A program made the translations under genes and the position numbers. A stretch of DNA of 64,000 nucleotides. Source: Octopus sinensis (lineage: Eukaryota). Positions within the stretch are counted from its first letter, which is position 1; every line of letters starts with the position of its first letter. The stretch is from NCBI RefSeq assembly GCF_006345805.1, contig NC_042999.1:22692001-22756000 (forward strand), written 5' to 3'. This document shows, one piece after another, positions 29,885 to 41,455 of the stretch. Under the pieces are notes generated by a model, which had not been told where the DNA came from, made no database searches, and saw only the letters and a program-made list of their open reading frames with translations.

Positions 29885-29985
29885 GTTTTTTACTGATGAA
29901 GTGTAACCTATGGTAGATTAGCTTAATTAATTTAATTAAGCTATTTAATCATTAATGACACAGAAACGTTGCAACGTCTAAAAGA
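29885..29985 (+). ncRNA. Type I hammerhead ribozyme motif in the 480 bp repeat
   Basis: TTTTTTA-CTGATGA-A-GTGT...ACAC-A-GAAAC-GTTGCAAC-GTC-TAAAAGA: 7 bp stem I, palindromic stem III ACGTTGCAACGT, GUC site at 29976-29978. Confidence 0.72.
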
Positions 29986-30349
29986 TGAATTAGGGTAAAT
30001 GTTTTTAAATTTTCACCTAATTTCTGAATTACTACTACTTGGGTTGTGAGTTATGGCTGCTCTTTCTGGTGGACGAGTGACCTGTTAGGTCACTCCTAAA
30101 TTGTTATATTATATATTTAGTCGATGACTATTTTCTCTTTTCCATCAGGCCGCTGGTAGCGATAAATTTCTATTGATTTTTTGCTACCCTAAATGACTAA
30201 TTGATAATTTTCTGAATAATTCTGAGATTGAATCGGCAGTTTATATTTACTGCTGATAAGTTTGGCGCGAATACGTCAGTCTTGAAAATTTTAAGACAGA
30301 TATTCCGTAGGCATCGATACAGACGCTCGTGTATATTTGTCTCTCCCAG

Positions 30350-30452
30350 GTTTTTTACTGATGAAGTGTAACCTATGGTAGATTAGCTTAATTTAATTTA
30401 ATTAAGCTAATTTAATCATTAATGACACAGAAACGTTGCAACGTCTAAAAGA
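30350..30452 (+). ncRNA. Type I hammerhead motif, second sense copy
   Basis: CTGATGA 30358-30364, GAAAC 30430-30434, GTC 30443-30445. Confidence 0.72.
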
Positions 30453-30670
30453 TGAATTAGGGTAAATGTTTTTAAATTTTCACCTAATTTTGAATTACTA
30501 CTACTGGCGGTGTGAGTTATGGCTGCTCTTTCTGGTGGACGAGTGACCTGTTAGGTCACTCCTAAATTGTTATATTTATATATTTAGTCGATGACTATTT
30601 TCTCTTTTCCATCAGGCCGCTGGTAGCGATAAATTTCTATTGAATTTTTTGCTACCCTAAATTGACTAAT

Positions 30671-30708
<38 letters not shown>

Positions 30709-30712
<4 letters not shown>

Positions 30713-31004
30713 CATAAGGGACATCAGCCATCTGAATGTGGCTAGGGACAGGGCAGGGCGGTGGGGGTGTTACTGATGCATTTAGCCCCAGGCGATCATC
30801 AACGTCACCAGGAGGGCTGACATCATCACGGTGTCCTCTAGCCTGCACGGGGAATGATCTCCCTTTGCAGGCTAGAGGACACCGTGTTGGTGTCAGCCCT
30901 CCTGGTGACGTTGATGATCGCCTGGGGCTAAATGCATCAGTAACACCCCCACCGCCCTGCCCTGTCCCTAGCCACATTCAGATGGCTGATGTCCCTTATG
31001 TTAT
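30709..31004. repeat. GC-rich 139 bp inverted repeat (near-perfect hairpin)
   Basis: Arms 30709-30847 and 30866-31004 with 2 mismatches; 18 nt spacer that itself pairs (GGGGA/TCTCC); lies between (AT)n tracts. Confidence 0.93.
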
Positions 31005-31046
31005 GGAGCAGTTACTGTTTATATCTCGTTTAGAGAATTATTATTG

Positions 31047-31100
<54 letters not shown>

Positions 31101-31104
<4 letters not shown>

Positions 31105-31763
31105 ATTGATTGATTCTAGTTTCAGCTCACGAGCTGTGGCCATGCTGGGGCACGCCATTTGTGTTGCTACATGGTTTTACTTCACGAATGCTTTTTAGCA
31201 ACTGTCTTTGGTGCATGAGAGAGTTCGATGCAGCTGCCCTCATCTGCACCTCCTGTCGTGAAGTTGGTTCATCTGGGATACCTGACAAGAAGAGATCCAG
31301 TTTCATTTTAAAGACATCTGCATCCACCCCATGCAGGTCTCTTAGGTTCTTCGGGAGGATATTGAAGAGCTGTGGGCCTCGGAAGCCCAGGGTATCACAG
31401 TATCTTGTCCTACATCTTGATGGTAAATTTGGAGTCCTAGGCACCACGCAGTGGCGCCCAGTTCTGGCATTTGTGTAACTCTCGATGCCAAAGTTTGGGA
31501 CAAGTCCCTCCAGGATCTTCCAGATGTATTATGGCATATCTTTCTCGCCTACGCTCCAAGAATAGAGTTTTAATCTCTTGAGTCTTTCCCAGTAGCTTAT
31601 ATGCTGCACAGAGGCTATCTTCTTCGTGTAGCTACGTTGGATCGCCTCAAGTTCTGTGATCAACTTGACACTGGATGGTGACCATAGCTGAGAGCAATAG
31701 TCAAAGTGGCTTAGGACAAGTGTCCTCCAGAGGACCATCATGGTTTCTTGTTCTCTTGTTCTA
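31101..31763 (-). mobile_element. CR1/L2-group LINE 3' fragment between (AT)n tracts
   Basis: LWRTLVLSHFDYCSQLWSP...LEAIQRSYTKKI...YWERLKRLKLYS and FRGPQLFNILPKNLR...FKMKLDLFLSGIPDEP; tail (AATC)n then (AT)n. Confidence 0.88.
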
Positions 31764-31805
31764 ATATATATATATATATATATTTCCTCTACCTCCTCTA
31801 TCAAC

Positions 31806-32661
31806 ATAAGTATATTAGAATCTAGTTAGTTTCAAGTCAATAATTTTTAGTCTTTGTTGTTTTTAGATTTTAGTTTTCTTAGTTTGTAATTTTAAGTTTA
31901 GGTTTTAAGCTTTTAATCTTTAACTTAACTTTAATTCTTAATCCTTTGTCTCGTATTATTTAATTTCTGTTAAGCTTGAAGTATAATTTTAAATATCTGT
32001 TCTAAGCACTAAACTATTGTTCTTTGTGACCTTACCTAGATTGGCCCTCCACCCCCGCTTTACTGAAATTTAACGTTTGATCTCTCACCCCGATGCAATA
32101 CTGACACATCTCTATAACTACCTTTACTTTTATTTTTCATTTTTATTCTTATTTTTACCCTTTTATCCCTATCTTATCTTTCTTCCTTTCTCCTCGCTCT
32201 CTTTCTCTCTTTCTCCTCTCTCTTCCTCCTATATACACCCACTCACAAAACCCATTTATGTCTATCTTACTTTCTCGCTTTATATACAGATTTGCATACT
32301 ATCTATCGCTTCAATATGAATACATCATTCAAAATACTTCCAAAATACCACCTGAATTTTCCTGGGATTTTAACTAAGGACCTGTACCTTCATGGAAGTA
32401 CCCATCAACATCCATATCCTCTAGAAAAAGATGAGTTGTGAAAATTATTCTCCCGCCTGTATTCTACCTTTACTCTTTATTCTCCTATTTTATTCCTTGT
32501 AAACTGTAAATTTTTCCTGTTTAAAATATTCATGAATTGTCTCTGATGACGGAGTACTCTGCGTGGATATGCTAGCCTACCACTTGTGATGTCCCAGAAA
32601 CGGCTGTAAGACTTCGGATTACTTATCCTAATTAAATTATTCTAAATGACTTGAGATTTTC

Positions 32662-32663
<2 letters not shown>
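31806..32663 (+). mobile_element. Probable Penelope-like 3' region / pseudo-LTR ending in (AT)n
   Basis: Contains a hammerhead motif ~55 nt before the (AT)n junction; no recognisable ORF; 5' boundary uncertain. Confidence 0.45.
32539..32612 (+). ncRNA. Type I hammerhead ribozyme motif (long, imperfect stem II)
   Basis: GTCT-CTGATGA-(47 nt)-GAAAC-GGCT-GTA-AGAC: perfect 4 bp stem I, quasi-palindromic stem III ACGGCTGT, GUA site; base of stem II mismatched. Confidence 0.6.
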
Positions 32664-32731
<68 letters not shown>

Positions 32732-32762
32732 GTATATATATATATATATATATACACGCTAA

Positions 32763-32945
32763 CGGTATAAGCCTAAAAAGAGGTTTAAGGACGGCATAAG
32801 GATTGCTATGAAATCACTTGGATATAGAAAGCCTTGCTTCAGATCGAGCTTGATGGCGAACAAAAGTGTGGAGTGGAGTGAAAGCGTTTGAAGAGGCCAG
32901 GATAATGCATTTAAGACTCATGAGAGATTTAATGAAGAATGTTAC
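32763..32945 (+). pseudogene. RTE (BovB-like) LINE C-terminal fragment
   Basis: KPKKRFKDGIRIAMKSL / DIESLASDRA*WRTKVWSGVKAFEEARI, resembling the RTE C-terminal G.Q/PKKR.KD.....LA.DR..WR motif. Confidence 0.65.
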
Positions 32946-33094
32946 GATATAGAAGGTGAATCACAATGACCATTTTGTGTGCACAGCTTTTGATAGACCA
33001 TGCCTTTCTTTTGCTGGGCTCAAATTTCATTTGCGGATGCATGAAAAACGAAACCAACAACAACAACAACAACAACGATGATAATGGTGATGAT

Positions 33095-33542
33095 GATTTC
33101 AAATGTTTCCCACAAGGGCAGTTTAGAGGAGGGGATCAAGTCGGTTACATTCACCCCAGTGCGTAACTGGTACTTATTTAATCGACCCCGAAAGGATAAA
33201 AGGCCAAGTCGACCTCGGCAGAGTTTGAACTCAGAACATAGCGACGGGTTAAATACCGCTAAGCCTTTCGCCCGGTGCGCTAACGATTCTGCCAGCTCAT
33301 CACCTACAACAACAAAAATAACTATCTTTTGTACTAAACGCACAAGGCCTGAAATTTCTGGGGAGGTGACTTGTCGATCACATCGACTCCAGTGTTTTAA
33401 TGGTACTTAATTTATCGACCCTGAAAGGATGAAAGGCAAAAATCGACTTCGGCGGAATTTGAACTCAGAACGTAAAGGCGGACGAAAATGCTGCCAGTGC
33501 ATTTTACCCGGGGCGGTAACGTTTCTGCCAGATCACCGCCTT
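33095..33542 (-). mobile_element. Two SINE-A copies
   Basis: Reverse-complement cores at 33095-33310 and 33320-33542. Confidence 0.8.
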
Positions 33543-33561
33543 AATAATAATAATAATAATA

Positions 33562-33602
<41 letters not shown>

Positions 33603-33606
33603 AAAT

Positions 33607-33640
<34 letters not shown>

Positions 33641-34029
33641 GAAATGAAATCAACACAAAATGAAAACAATACGAAAACTACCCAACAACTAGCGAAAGTT
33701 ATTGAACCAAATTGGCAGCTATTGATACATTAGCTTTTGTGAATTGGGTGGAATAATGAAATCGATTCTCAAATTCTCAAATATTATATTTTATTTTTGA
33801 ACTTAATCATATTTTCGAAACGAACTCACATTTCTATTGTAGCAGACTTTGATAATAGAGAACGTTAAAAAAAAAATGTCGAGATTGAATACTGATTGAT
33901 GAGTGATGAATGAAGAATGATGAATATGTTCTAATCAAATGATAAGAGTCGATAACGAAAAAAAAAAAAAAGAAAAAAGGAGAAACAGTTTTAAATCAAC
34001 AAGCTTAGCTATAAAGGAGGTAAAAAAGA

Positions 34030-34387
34030 TCAGCGTTTCCTGTTGCTGCTGCTGCTGCTACTACTACTGCTGTTATTGCTGTTGTGTGGAAGAGATGAAG
34101 GGGTAGGAGGAACAGAAGAAGACGAAGAAGAAGAATAAGAAGGTGATGATGATGACGATGATGACGATGATGAAGACGACGACGACGATGATGATGACGA
34201 TGATGATGATGTTCATGATGATGCGATGGTGATGATGACCACGACGACGCGGGAGAGAAAGAAAAAGTAGGCAATGATGATGACAAGAAAGAGGAGGAGA
34301 GGGAGGACGAGGAGAGGCGAGAAAGGGGCGAGAGGAGGGAAGAGGAAGTAGGGAGTTGTGATGATGACAGCAGCAGAAGGAAAATGA

Positions 34388-34419
<32 letters not shown>

Positions 34420-34513
34420 TAGTAGTAGTAATAATAATTAGAGGTGTTGTTGAAGATAATGGTGATGATGGTGATGATGACGACGACGACGACGACCATG
34501 ACGATGATGATGG

Positions 34514-34544
<31 letters not shown>

Positions 34545-34556
34545 GATGATGATGAC

Positions 34557-34603
<47 letters not shown>

Positions 34604-34604
34604 C

Positions 34605-34645
<41 letters not shown>

Positions 34646-34646
34646 C

Positions 34647-34708
<62 letters not shown>

Positions 34709-34760
34709 CGATGACGATGATGATGACGATGATGATGATGGAAAGAAAGAAGCGGAAGAA
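34030..34760. repeat. Compound triplet repeats with long (GAT)n
   Basis: Direct reading. Confidence 0.9.
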
Positions 34761-35052
34761 GTAAATGCAGGAAAAGAAAAGAAAAAAAAAAACAATGGAG
34801 AAGCTAAAAAAAAAAAGAAAAAACCCGAGAAGAAAGCGAAGAAAATTCTTTTAAAAAAGTCAAAATAATAACTGACTAAAAAAAAAAAAAGCCATGTTGA
34901 CAACAAAAATTAGTATACAATGGCAATAATTATATGAACAATAACAACAAATAGAACAACAATAAGTGTACCGAAAGGTCAGCTACTACAATACCAGTAA
35001 CAAATATACTACAACAAGAACAACAACAACAGCAGCAATATCAACGATAGTA

Positions 35053-35252
35053 ATCTCAACTACAGATATGCGATAGATGTGAAGGCTTAGAAGTATACAA
35101 CCACTCCAGCTGTAATTGGCGCAACTGGTGTTAAAAAGACAGCTGTAAATGAATTTCTTGAAAACATTCCAGACAAACCCAACATTTATGAAATTCAAAA
35201 GACCGTCCTTAAGAGCACTACTCACATTTTACGTAAATCTGCATCTTACTAA
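35053..35252 (+). pseudogene. R4/Dong-like C-terminal fragment (family E)
   Basis: TTPAVIGATGVKKTAVNEFLENIPDKPNIYEIQKTVLKSTTHILRKSASY* aligns by eye with TIPIIVGALGMIKK...PGLTNTYNIQKIALLGTAHILRRTL of family A. Confidence 0.72.
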
Positions 35253-35287
35253 AACCGAATGACTAATACTGATTCCCTTATTTTATA

Positions 35288-35690
35288 CTAGCAGTATCGC
35301 CCGGCGTTGCTCGGGTTTGTAAGGGAAATAACTATATAAGCATTTTTAGAGATGTAAAGTATAATAGCCATCTTAATATGGCTAACCACAAAGGGGGGGG
35401 GGTGTTACTGTAGCTTTTTACGTTCTGAGACTTAATAATACATTTTTAGAGAGTTACTTCCCTTATATAATAGCAAAAAAATGCATTAAAAATGGGAAAA
35501 AATGATGGTAAATTTTTTTTTAAATCGTAGACTCATCGTAGACGCGCGCTAATACCCAGAAGGGCTCGATATGAATCACGACTATAAGATAACCGCTTTT
35601 GGTTACACTGCACCGCAAAATGTGGGAGTAGTTAGGAATCTAAATCGTAGGAGACAGACAGCACACAACCTCTCTTTTATATATAAAGAT
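35288..35690 (-). mobile_element. Non-autonomous Helitron-type element
   Basis: Reverse complement of 53778-54155 with internal differences: 5' TCTTTATATATAAAA, 3' CCCGAGCAACGCCGGG hairpin plus CTAG. Confidence 0.85.
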
Positions 35691-35895
35691 ATCCTTTTTT
35701 CTCCTATACGCTTCTATGTAGTGATACAACTCACTCAACAAGAACTCCCTACTCAAATGAACCATGATGCCTCAAAACTTGACTTAAAAAGGATTTAGAT
35801 AATCCTATTAGGTGGTGCTATTAAGCTAGACAATGGGATCTATGTAATCAACTCGTCCCCTCACCCCAACTTTCACGCCTCGTGCCTTCAGTAGA

Positions 35896-35936
<41 letters not shown>

Positions 35937-35937
<1 letters not shown>

Positions 35938-38289
35938 TTTTTTTTTCTTCTTTCAAATTTTCTTCCATTTCTTGCCGAGTGTCTTCCCGACTCCTAGGGC
36001 AAAGAAACTCATAGTGTATATTGGTAGGCCATTAAAACAAACTCAGTAGTTCGTTCATTTTTTTTTTTTTTTTAAAGTTAAATTAAAATACATGAGCAGC
36101 AACAGTTCTCACATCGACAATGCTCTTCTCAATACGTGTGATGTACCAGTTAGACGATCACTGGTATTGTAACCGCCTTGAGATGCACATTTTCTCAATT
36201 TCAATGAGTAGGTCTTTATATTTTCTGAGCTTGTCAAACTCTTTCGCTGAGATATTATGATCACAGGGGATGCTCATGTCGATCAATAAGCAAACTTTAT
36301 TGTTTTGGTCTTTCACAACAATATCTGGTTTATTGGCCTTGATGGTTCGGTCTGTATGTACTGGAAAGTCCCACAGAATGGTTACATTTTCTCCTTCAGT
36401 TAAAGCCTCAGGGTGGTGATTATACCACTTGTCGGCAGTTTTGATATTGTAATGCCGACTTATTAGCCAGTGGAGATATTGGCCAACTCTGTCATGTCTT
36501 AATTTATACTCCACTGGTGCTAAGACTTTACATCCAGAGATTAGGTGGTCCACTGTTTCAATCATGTCGTTGCAGAATCGGCATTTTGGGTCTGCTCCAT
36601 TTTTCATCACATTGGCCTGGTAGTTCCGGGTTAATAGGCTTTGGTCTTGAGCAGCCAGGATGAAACCTTCGCTCTCTGCTTTTAGCCCTGAGCTCCGCAG
36701 CCACTGATGGGTTTGCTTCTGGTCAACATCAGCTTGTTTGCTGCGGGTCACATATTTGCCGTGCAGAGGTTTCTCCTCCCACCTATCAGCCAATTGCTCG
36801 TGCGCTTTTTTCATTGCCATCATTTTCACCTTCTTTGCAACAATAACTGCCGTACTTCCCTCGGGTTGTTCAGTTTGGGTATCCTGCACGAGATCAATAG
36901 CAAATTTTTTGCTTTCCTTGCTGATAGAATGAAGCTTCTTTCGTCTCTCGTGATTTTCCACGAGCTTTAGCATCCAGTCATTCGATATTTCGAGATATTT
37001 GGCCAGTCCAATTGTGGTTGTTTTGTAAGCTAGTTCAAATTGGATCAGGCCTCGACCTCCTTGGCCTCTGGGAAGGTAAAGGCGATCTACGTCTGCCTTT
37101 GGGTGGTGCATCCTATTACAACTCAGCAGCTTGCGAATTTTTCTATCTATATTCTTTACTTCACTCATATTCCAGTTCAACACATTGTAGCTATAAGTAA
37201 CAACTGGAACTGCTAAGGAATTTATAGCTAACACCTTGTTACGTGCATTTAGTTCAGATTTCAGGACTGCACGAACTCTCCTATAACATTCCTTCCTGAT
37301 TTTCTCTTTCATGCTTGCATGCTGAATACCAGAGCCTTCATTTATCCCTAAATATTTGTATGTCTGTTCTTGCTCAAGCTCGCTTATCACTGTGTCAACA
37401 TCTAACATGACTGAATTTGTAGTCTTCACTTTCCCTTTCTGGAAAGTGGCCTTGGCACACTTCTCAAGTCCAAACTCCATCCCGATGTCATCGCTGAATG
37501 CTTTCACGGTGCGCAATAGGCTTTCAAGTTCATTATGTCTTTACCATAAAGTTTAAGTCATCCATATAAAATAGATGGCTTATTTTTTTATTGGCAATTT
37601 TATACCCATACCCTGTTCTGTTTAATTCACTTGTAAGGGGTATTAGGGCTATGCAGAATATTAAAGGTGAAAGTGAGTCACCTTGAAAAATTCCACAGTT
37701 GATGTTTATATTTTCTGAGGCAAGTACTCCATTAGAGTGGTGTATATTGGAGATTCGTATTCCACAACGACATATTGTGCTTCAGGAAGTTTGAAATCAC
37801 AGGGGAAATTTTAAAGATGTCCAGCGATCTCAAGATCCATGGAGCGCGGTATACTGTCGAAGGCCTTTTATAGTCAATCCATGCGGTGCTGAGATTTCTG
37901 CGCTTGTTGTGACAGTTCTCAAGGATCATACGATTGATTAGCAGTTGATCTTTGCATCCGTAAGAGCCTCGGCGGCACCCTTTTTGTTCAATGGGGGAAA
38001 ATATCGTTCTTCTCCATGAATGCATATGTTTTCTCCGCCAGGATAGATGTTAGGATTTTATACGTGGTGGAAAGACAGGTTATAGGCCGATAGTTTTTTG
38101 GAAGGTGGTTTCGTTATTCTTTAGGAGTAGGGTAAGTAATGCCACTTGCTAACCATTCAGGTGTTTTCTTTGGGTCTCTCAAAATTCCATTGAGCAGCTG
38201 AACTAGCTTACCGTGTGCGCGCACAGGAGCGATGCGAGCCAGAAATTCGGCACCCTATCTTTACCGGGGGATTTCCAATTATGGGCCTT
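35937..38289 (-). mobile_element. R4/Dong family B second copy, 5'-truncated, with frameshifts and a ~100 bp deletion near 36155
   Basis: Highly similar to 12721-15110; ORFs 36158..37516 and 37732..38025; TTA on both flanks. Confidence 0.95.
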
Positions 38290-38293
38290 ATTA

Positions 38294-38329
<36 letters not shown>

Positions 38330-38412
38330 TACTATTATTATTATTATTATTATTATTATATTATTATAATTATTATTATTATATTATTTATTATAATTAT
38401 TATATTATTATT

Positions 38413-38967
38413 GAGTGAGAGAGCAGTGCATGCCATCAAAGTGACACTGGGGTAAAATATACGAAGCCCAGTATACCCATCATGACTACCCGTCTGATAA
38501 GGGTACACTAGGCACATGCATCACAACTATATGTGCGCGACATGGTGATCTCATATGAAGATAAACAGCACATGACCTTGCAGGTGGGGCCCAGTTAGAA
38601 TTTTCTTCTGGTCGAGTAGCCCATCCCACTCAAAAGGTCCTTGAATAAGAGTTATTTAAGGATGTTAAATGAAACACCCATGTTTCCAGAGGTGAATTAT
38701 TTAAACCCCAAAGAATCCCTCTCAACACATGGCTATGATGCTCCCCCACTACTTCTGCTCGTGATCAGAGATGCACATATCGTCAGCCACTAAGGGACAT
38801 GCTCAACTGGTTAAGGTCAAACAACTGACAAGCAAATCTGTGGTATTGAGCAGAATATTTGCTGTAGCCCATCTTTTATACCAAGACAAAACAATGTACA
38901 TGATAACAACTTCCAATCAGTTAAGATTAGAAGCCATGAGAGCCACTGCCTGGTACTGCATCAGGGC

Positions 38968-38971
<4 letters not shown>
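38413..38971 (-). mobile_element. NE560 full-length copy
   Basis: Same termini as 7993-8550, TTA-flanked. Confidence 0.85.
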
Positions 38972-39001
<30 letters not shown>

Positions 39002-39041
39002 TATTATTATATTATTATTATTATTATTATTATCATTTATA

Positions 39042-39083
<42 letters not shown>

Positions 39084-39100
39084 TATTATTATTATTATTA

Positions 39101-39351
39101 AGTGAGAGAGCAGTGCATGCCATCAAAATGGCACTGGGGGTAAAATATACGAGGCCCAATATAACAATCATGACTACCTGTCTGATAAGGGTACACTAGG
39201 CACACGCATCACAACCATATGTGCGCGACATGGTAATCTCATATCAAGATAAACAGCACATGACCTTGCAGGTGGGGGCCCAATTAGAATTTTCTTCTGG
39301 TCGTGTAACCCATCCCACTCAAAAGGTCCCCTGAATAAGTATTGTTTAAGG
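39101..39351 (-). mobile_element. NE560 5'-truncated copy
   Basis: Retains the ...CTCTCACT end adjacent to (TAA)n. Confidence 0.8.
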
Positions 39352-39510
39352 GGAAACGGAGACGGTCAACCGCGGGGCGGTTGCAAAGTGAGAGAGCAGA
39401 GGCACGCTAAGCGTTTTGTCCAGCGTGATAATGATTCTGCCAGCTCACTGCCTTTCTAATAATAATAATAATAATAATAATAATATAATAATAATAATAA
39501 TAATAATAAT

Positions 39511-39692
39511 ATAATGGTACGTGTCAATGGTCTCGTATAATGCAACTAAACTGTGCTGAATGCAAATTTCAGAGACATTATACTAATAATTGCAAAAAAT
39601 TACCAATGTCAATGCAAAGAAAATTATCATTGACGTCCCCATATTAATTATCTCCCCATATTGCAAAACATGGCGACACATTTCCAACATTC

Positions 39693-39730
<38 letters not shown>

Positions 39731-39960
39731 TTCTACTATATAAATTTTTGTGGATTAACCATGCTGCTGATCTTTTCTTGCAGAATTCCAGTTATGAATG
39801 TTGGAAATGAGTAGCCATGATTTGCAATATGGGGACTTCAATGATAATTTTCTTTGCATTGACATTGGTAATGTTTTGTAAGTATTAGTATAATGTCCGT
39901 AAAAATTGCATTCAACACAGTTTAGTTGCAGTATACGAGACCATTGACACTTACCGTTAT
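39511..39960. repeat. Old imperfect inverted repeat (~170-185 bp arms), MITE/fold-back-like
   Basis: Left 39511-39696 (ATAATGGTACGTGTCAATGGTCTCGTAT...), right 39792-39960 (...ATACGAGACCATTGACACTTACCGTTAT). Confidence 0.8.
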
Positions 39961-40543
39961 ATATATAAATGTATACAACACGCACCACATGCACGTATAT
40001 TTTGTGTAAGCGCCTGTATATACTAATCATTTTATGGGGGTTTACACAGGTTTTAAACAGTTATAACTTCATGAAATTGTAAATTCACAAAAATATATTT
40101 TAGTGTGTTTGTGTTTCCTGACGCTACTAGTAACGTGGCATTGTGAAATGAAAGAATTTCCAATAAGAATTGAGATCTCGTTTCATTTTCTCGATTTGTC
40201 GACACGATGGCCCATAAATATACTAAATGGCAGGGACTTATACGTAATCATTTAAACAGCTAGAAACAGCAGACGATCTCGTTCATTCATTTATTTGAAT
40301 AAATTATTTATGTAAATGCTTTTATTTGTTAATGTTTGTTTCTTTCTATCTGACATTCTTGATATTTAAGTCCTTGTTGCTCTAACGAAAATTTGGAATG
40401 CATTAACGATAGAGTCTCAACGTGGTCGCTCTACACGCTATGTTATAAATAGCTGCCAAATCTCCTTTAGAAATTGTTGTTGACAAACAACAGCAGAAAT
40501 TGTATTCACCTCAATAGACGTCATTGATTGGTTGAAATTGTCG

Positions 40544-40610
40544 AAATGCAAGAAATTTAACAACAAATGCAAGAAATTTAACAACAAATGCAAGAAATTT
40601 AACAACAAAT
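40544..40610. repeat. 21 bp x3 tandem repeat
   Basis: AAATGCAAGAAATTTAACAAC x3. Confidence 0.9.
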
Positions 40611-41455
40611 AGCTTACAAACCACAGAATTTTCTCAAGAAAGCCAAGAGAAAAAGATGTTTTATGTAACACATTCTACCAGTATACGAAGTTTAAAAGTG
40701 TTTAGTTATAAAGAAATTATTTTAAATATCTGCCGGTCAAAGTGAAAAGATCCTCTTTCGTTTTAACTATGAGGTTAAAAAAAAAAAAAGGAAAAGAAAA
40801 ATGAACGTGGAAAATTCGACAGAAGTCGGTGACTAAAATATAGTCATTAAATGAAGCTGACTCTTTTTTAAACTGAAATTATTTTTTAAACAGAAATTTT
40901 ATTTCAAATTGTGAATTATTGAAACAAAAAAAAAAAAATTGCCTGAAATCTCACAGGCAGCAAATGCCTTTGAGAAAAGAAGAGAGCATAATTAACAATG
41001 ATCTTATTCAAAGGAACGACTTCCTATGGGATATTTGTGCTGTAATGATCGATATTGAAAACACCATTATGTTTCTAGCGTCGTTGGCTTGAATAAAAAT
41101 TCAGCAGAGTGCTGTAAAGAGTCAATGTGTTTGGTGAATTGCCAGATATGTTCAGACTGAAAAGCTTGGAAGTGTCGCATATGAGGGCATGTCATGTGTA
41201 TCACATATGATACGCAGAACATATTTCCCTGGCGTCCATGCACCACGCACACGCACACACACACATACATACACAAATTTAATGCATAATAAATGGATTT
41301 GACTGGTCAGGCGGTATTCACGAAAAAAGCTAATACACTAATGCAGACGTGCAAAATAACTCATTATACATTAAAAGGAATTATTTTTCCCTGATAATGA
41401 CTGCAAAACGATCGTAATCTTATAGATATCAACTGATGAAATAAATATATACACA

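Larger units (their letters stand above)
28838..30675. repeat. ~480 bp tandem repeat array with internal inversion; each unit carries a hammerhead motif
   Basis: Forward units at 28841-29320 and 29321-29783; inverted ~1.9 units at 29781-30675; ends in (AT)n. Confidence 0.92.
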
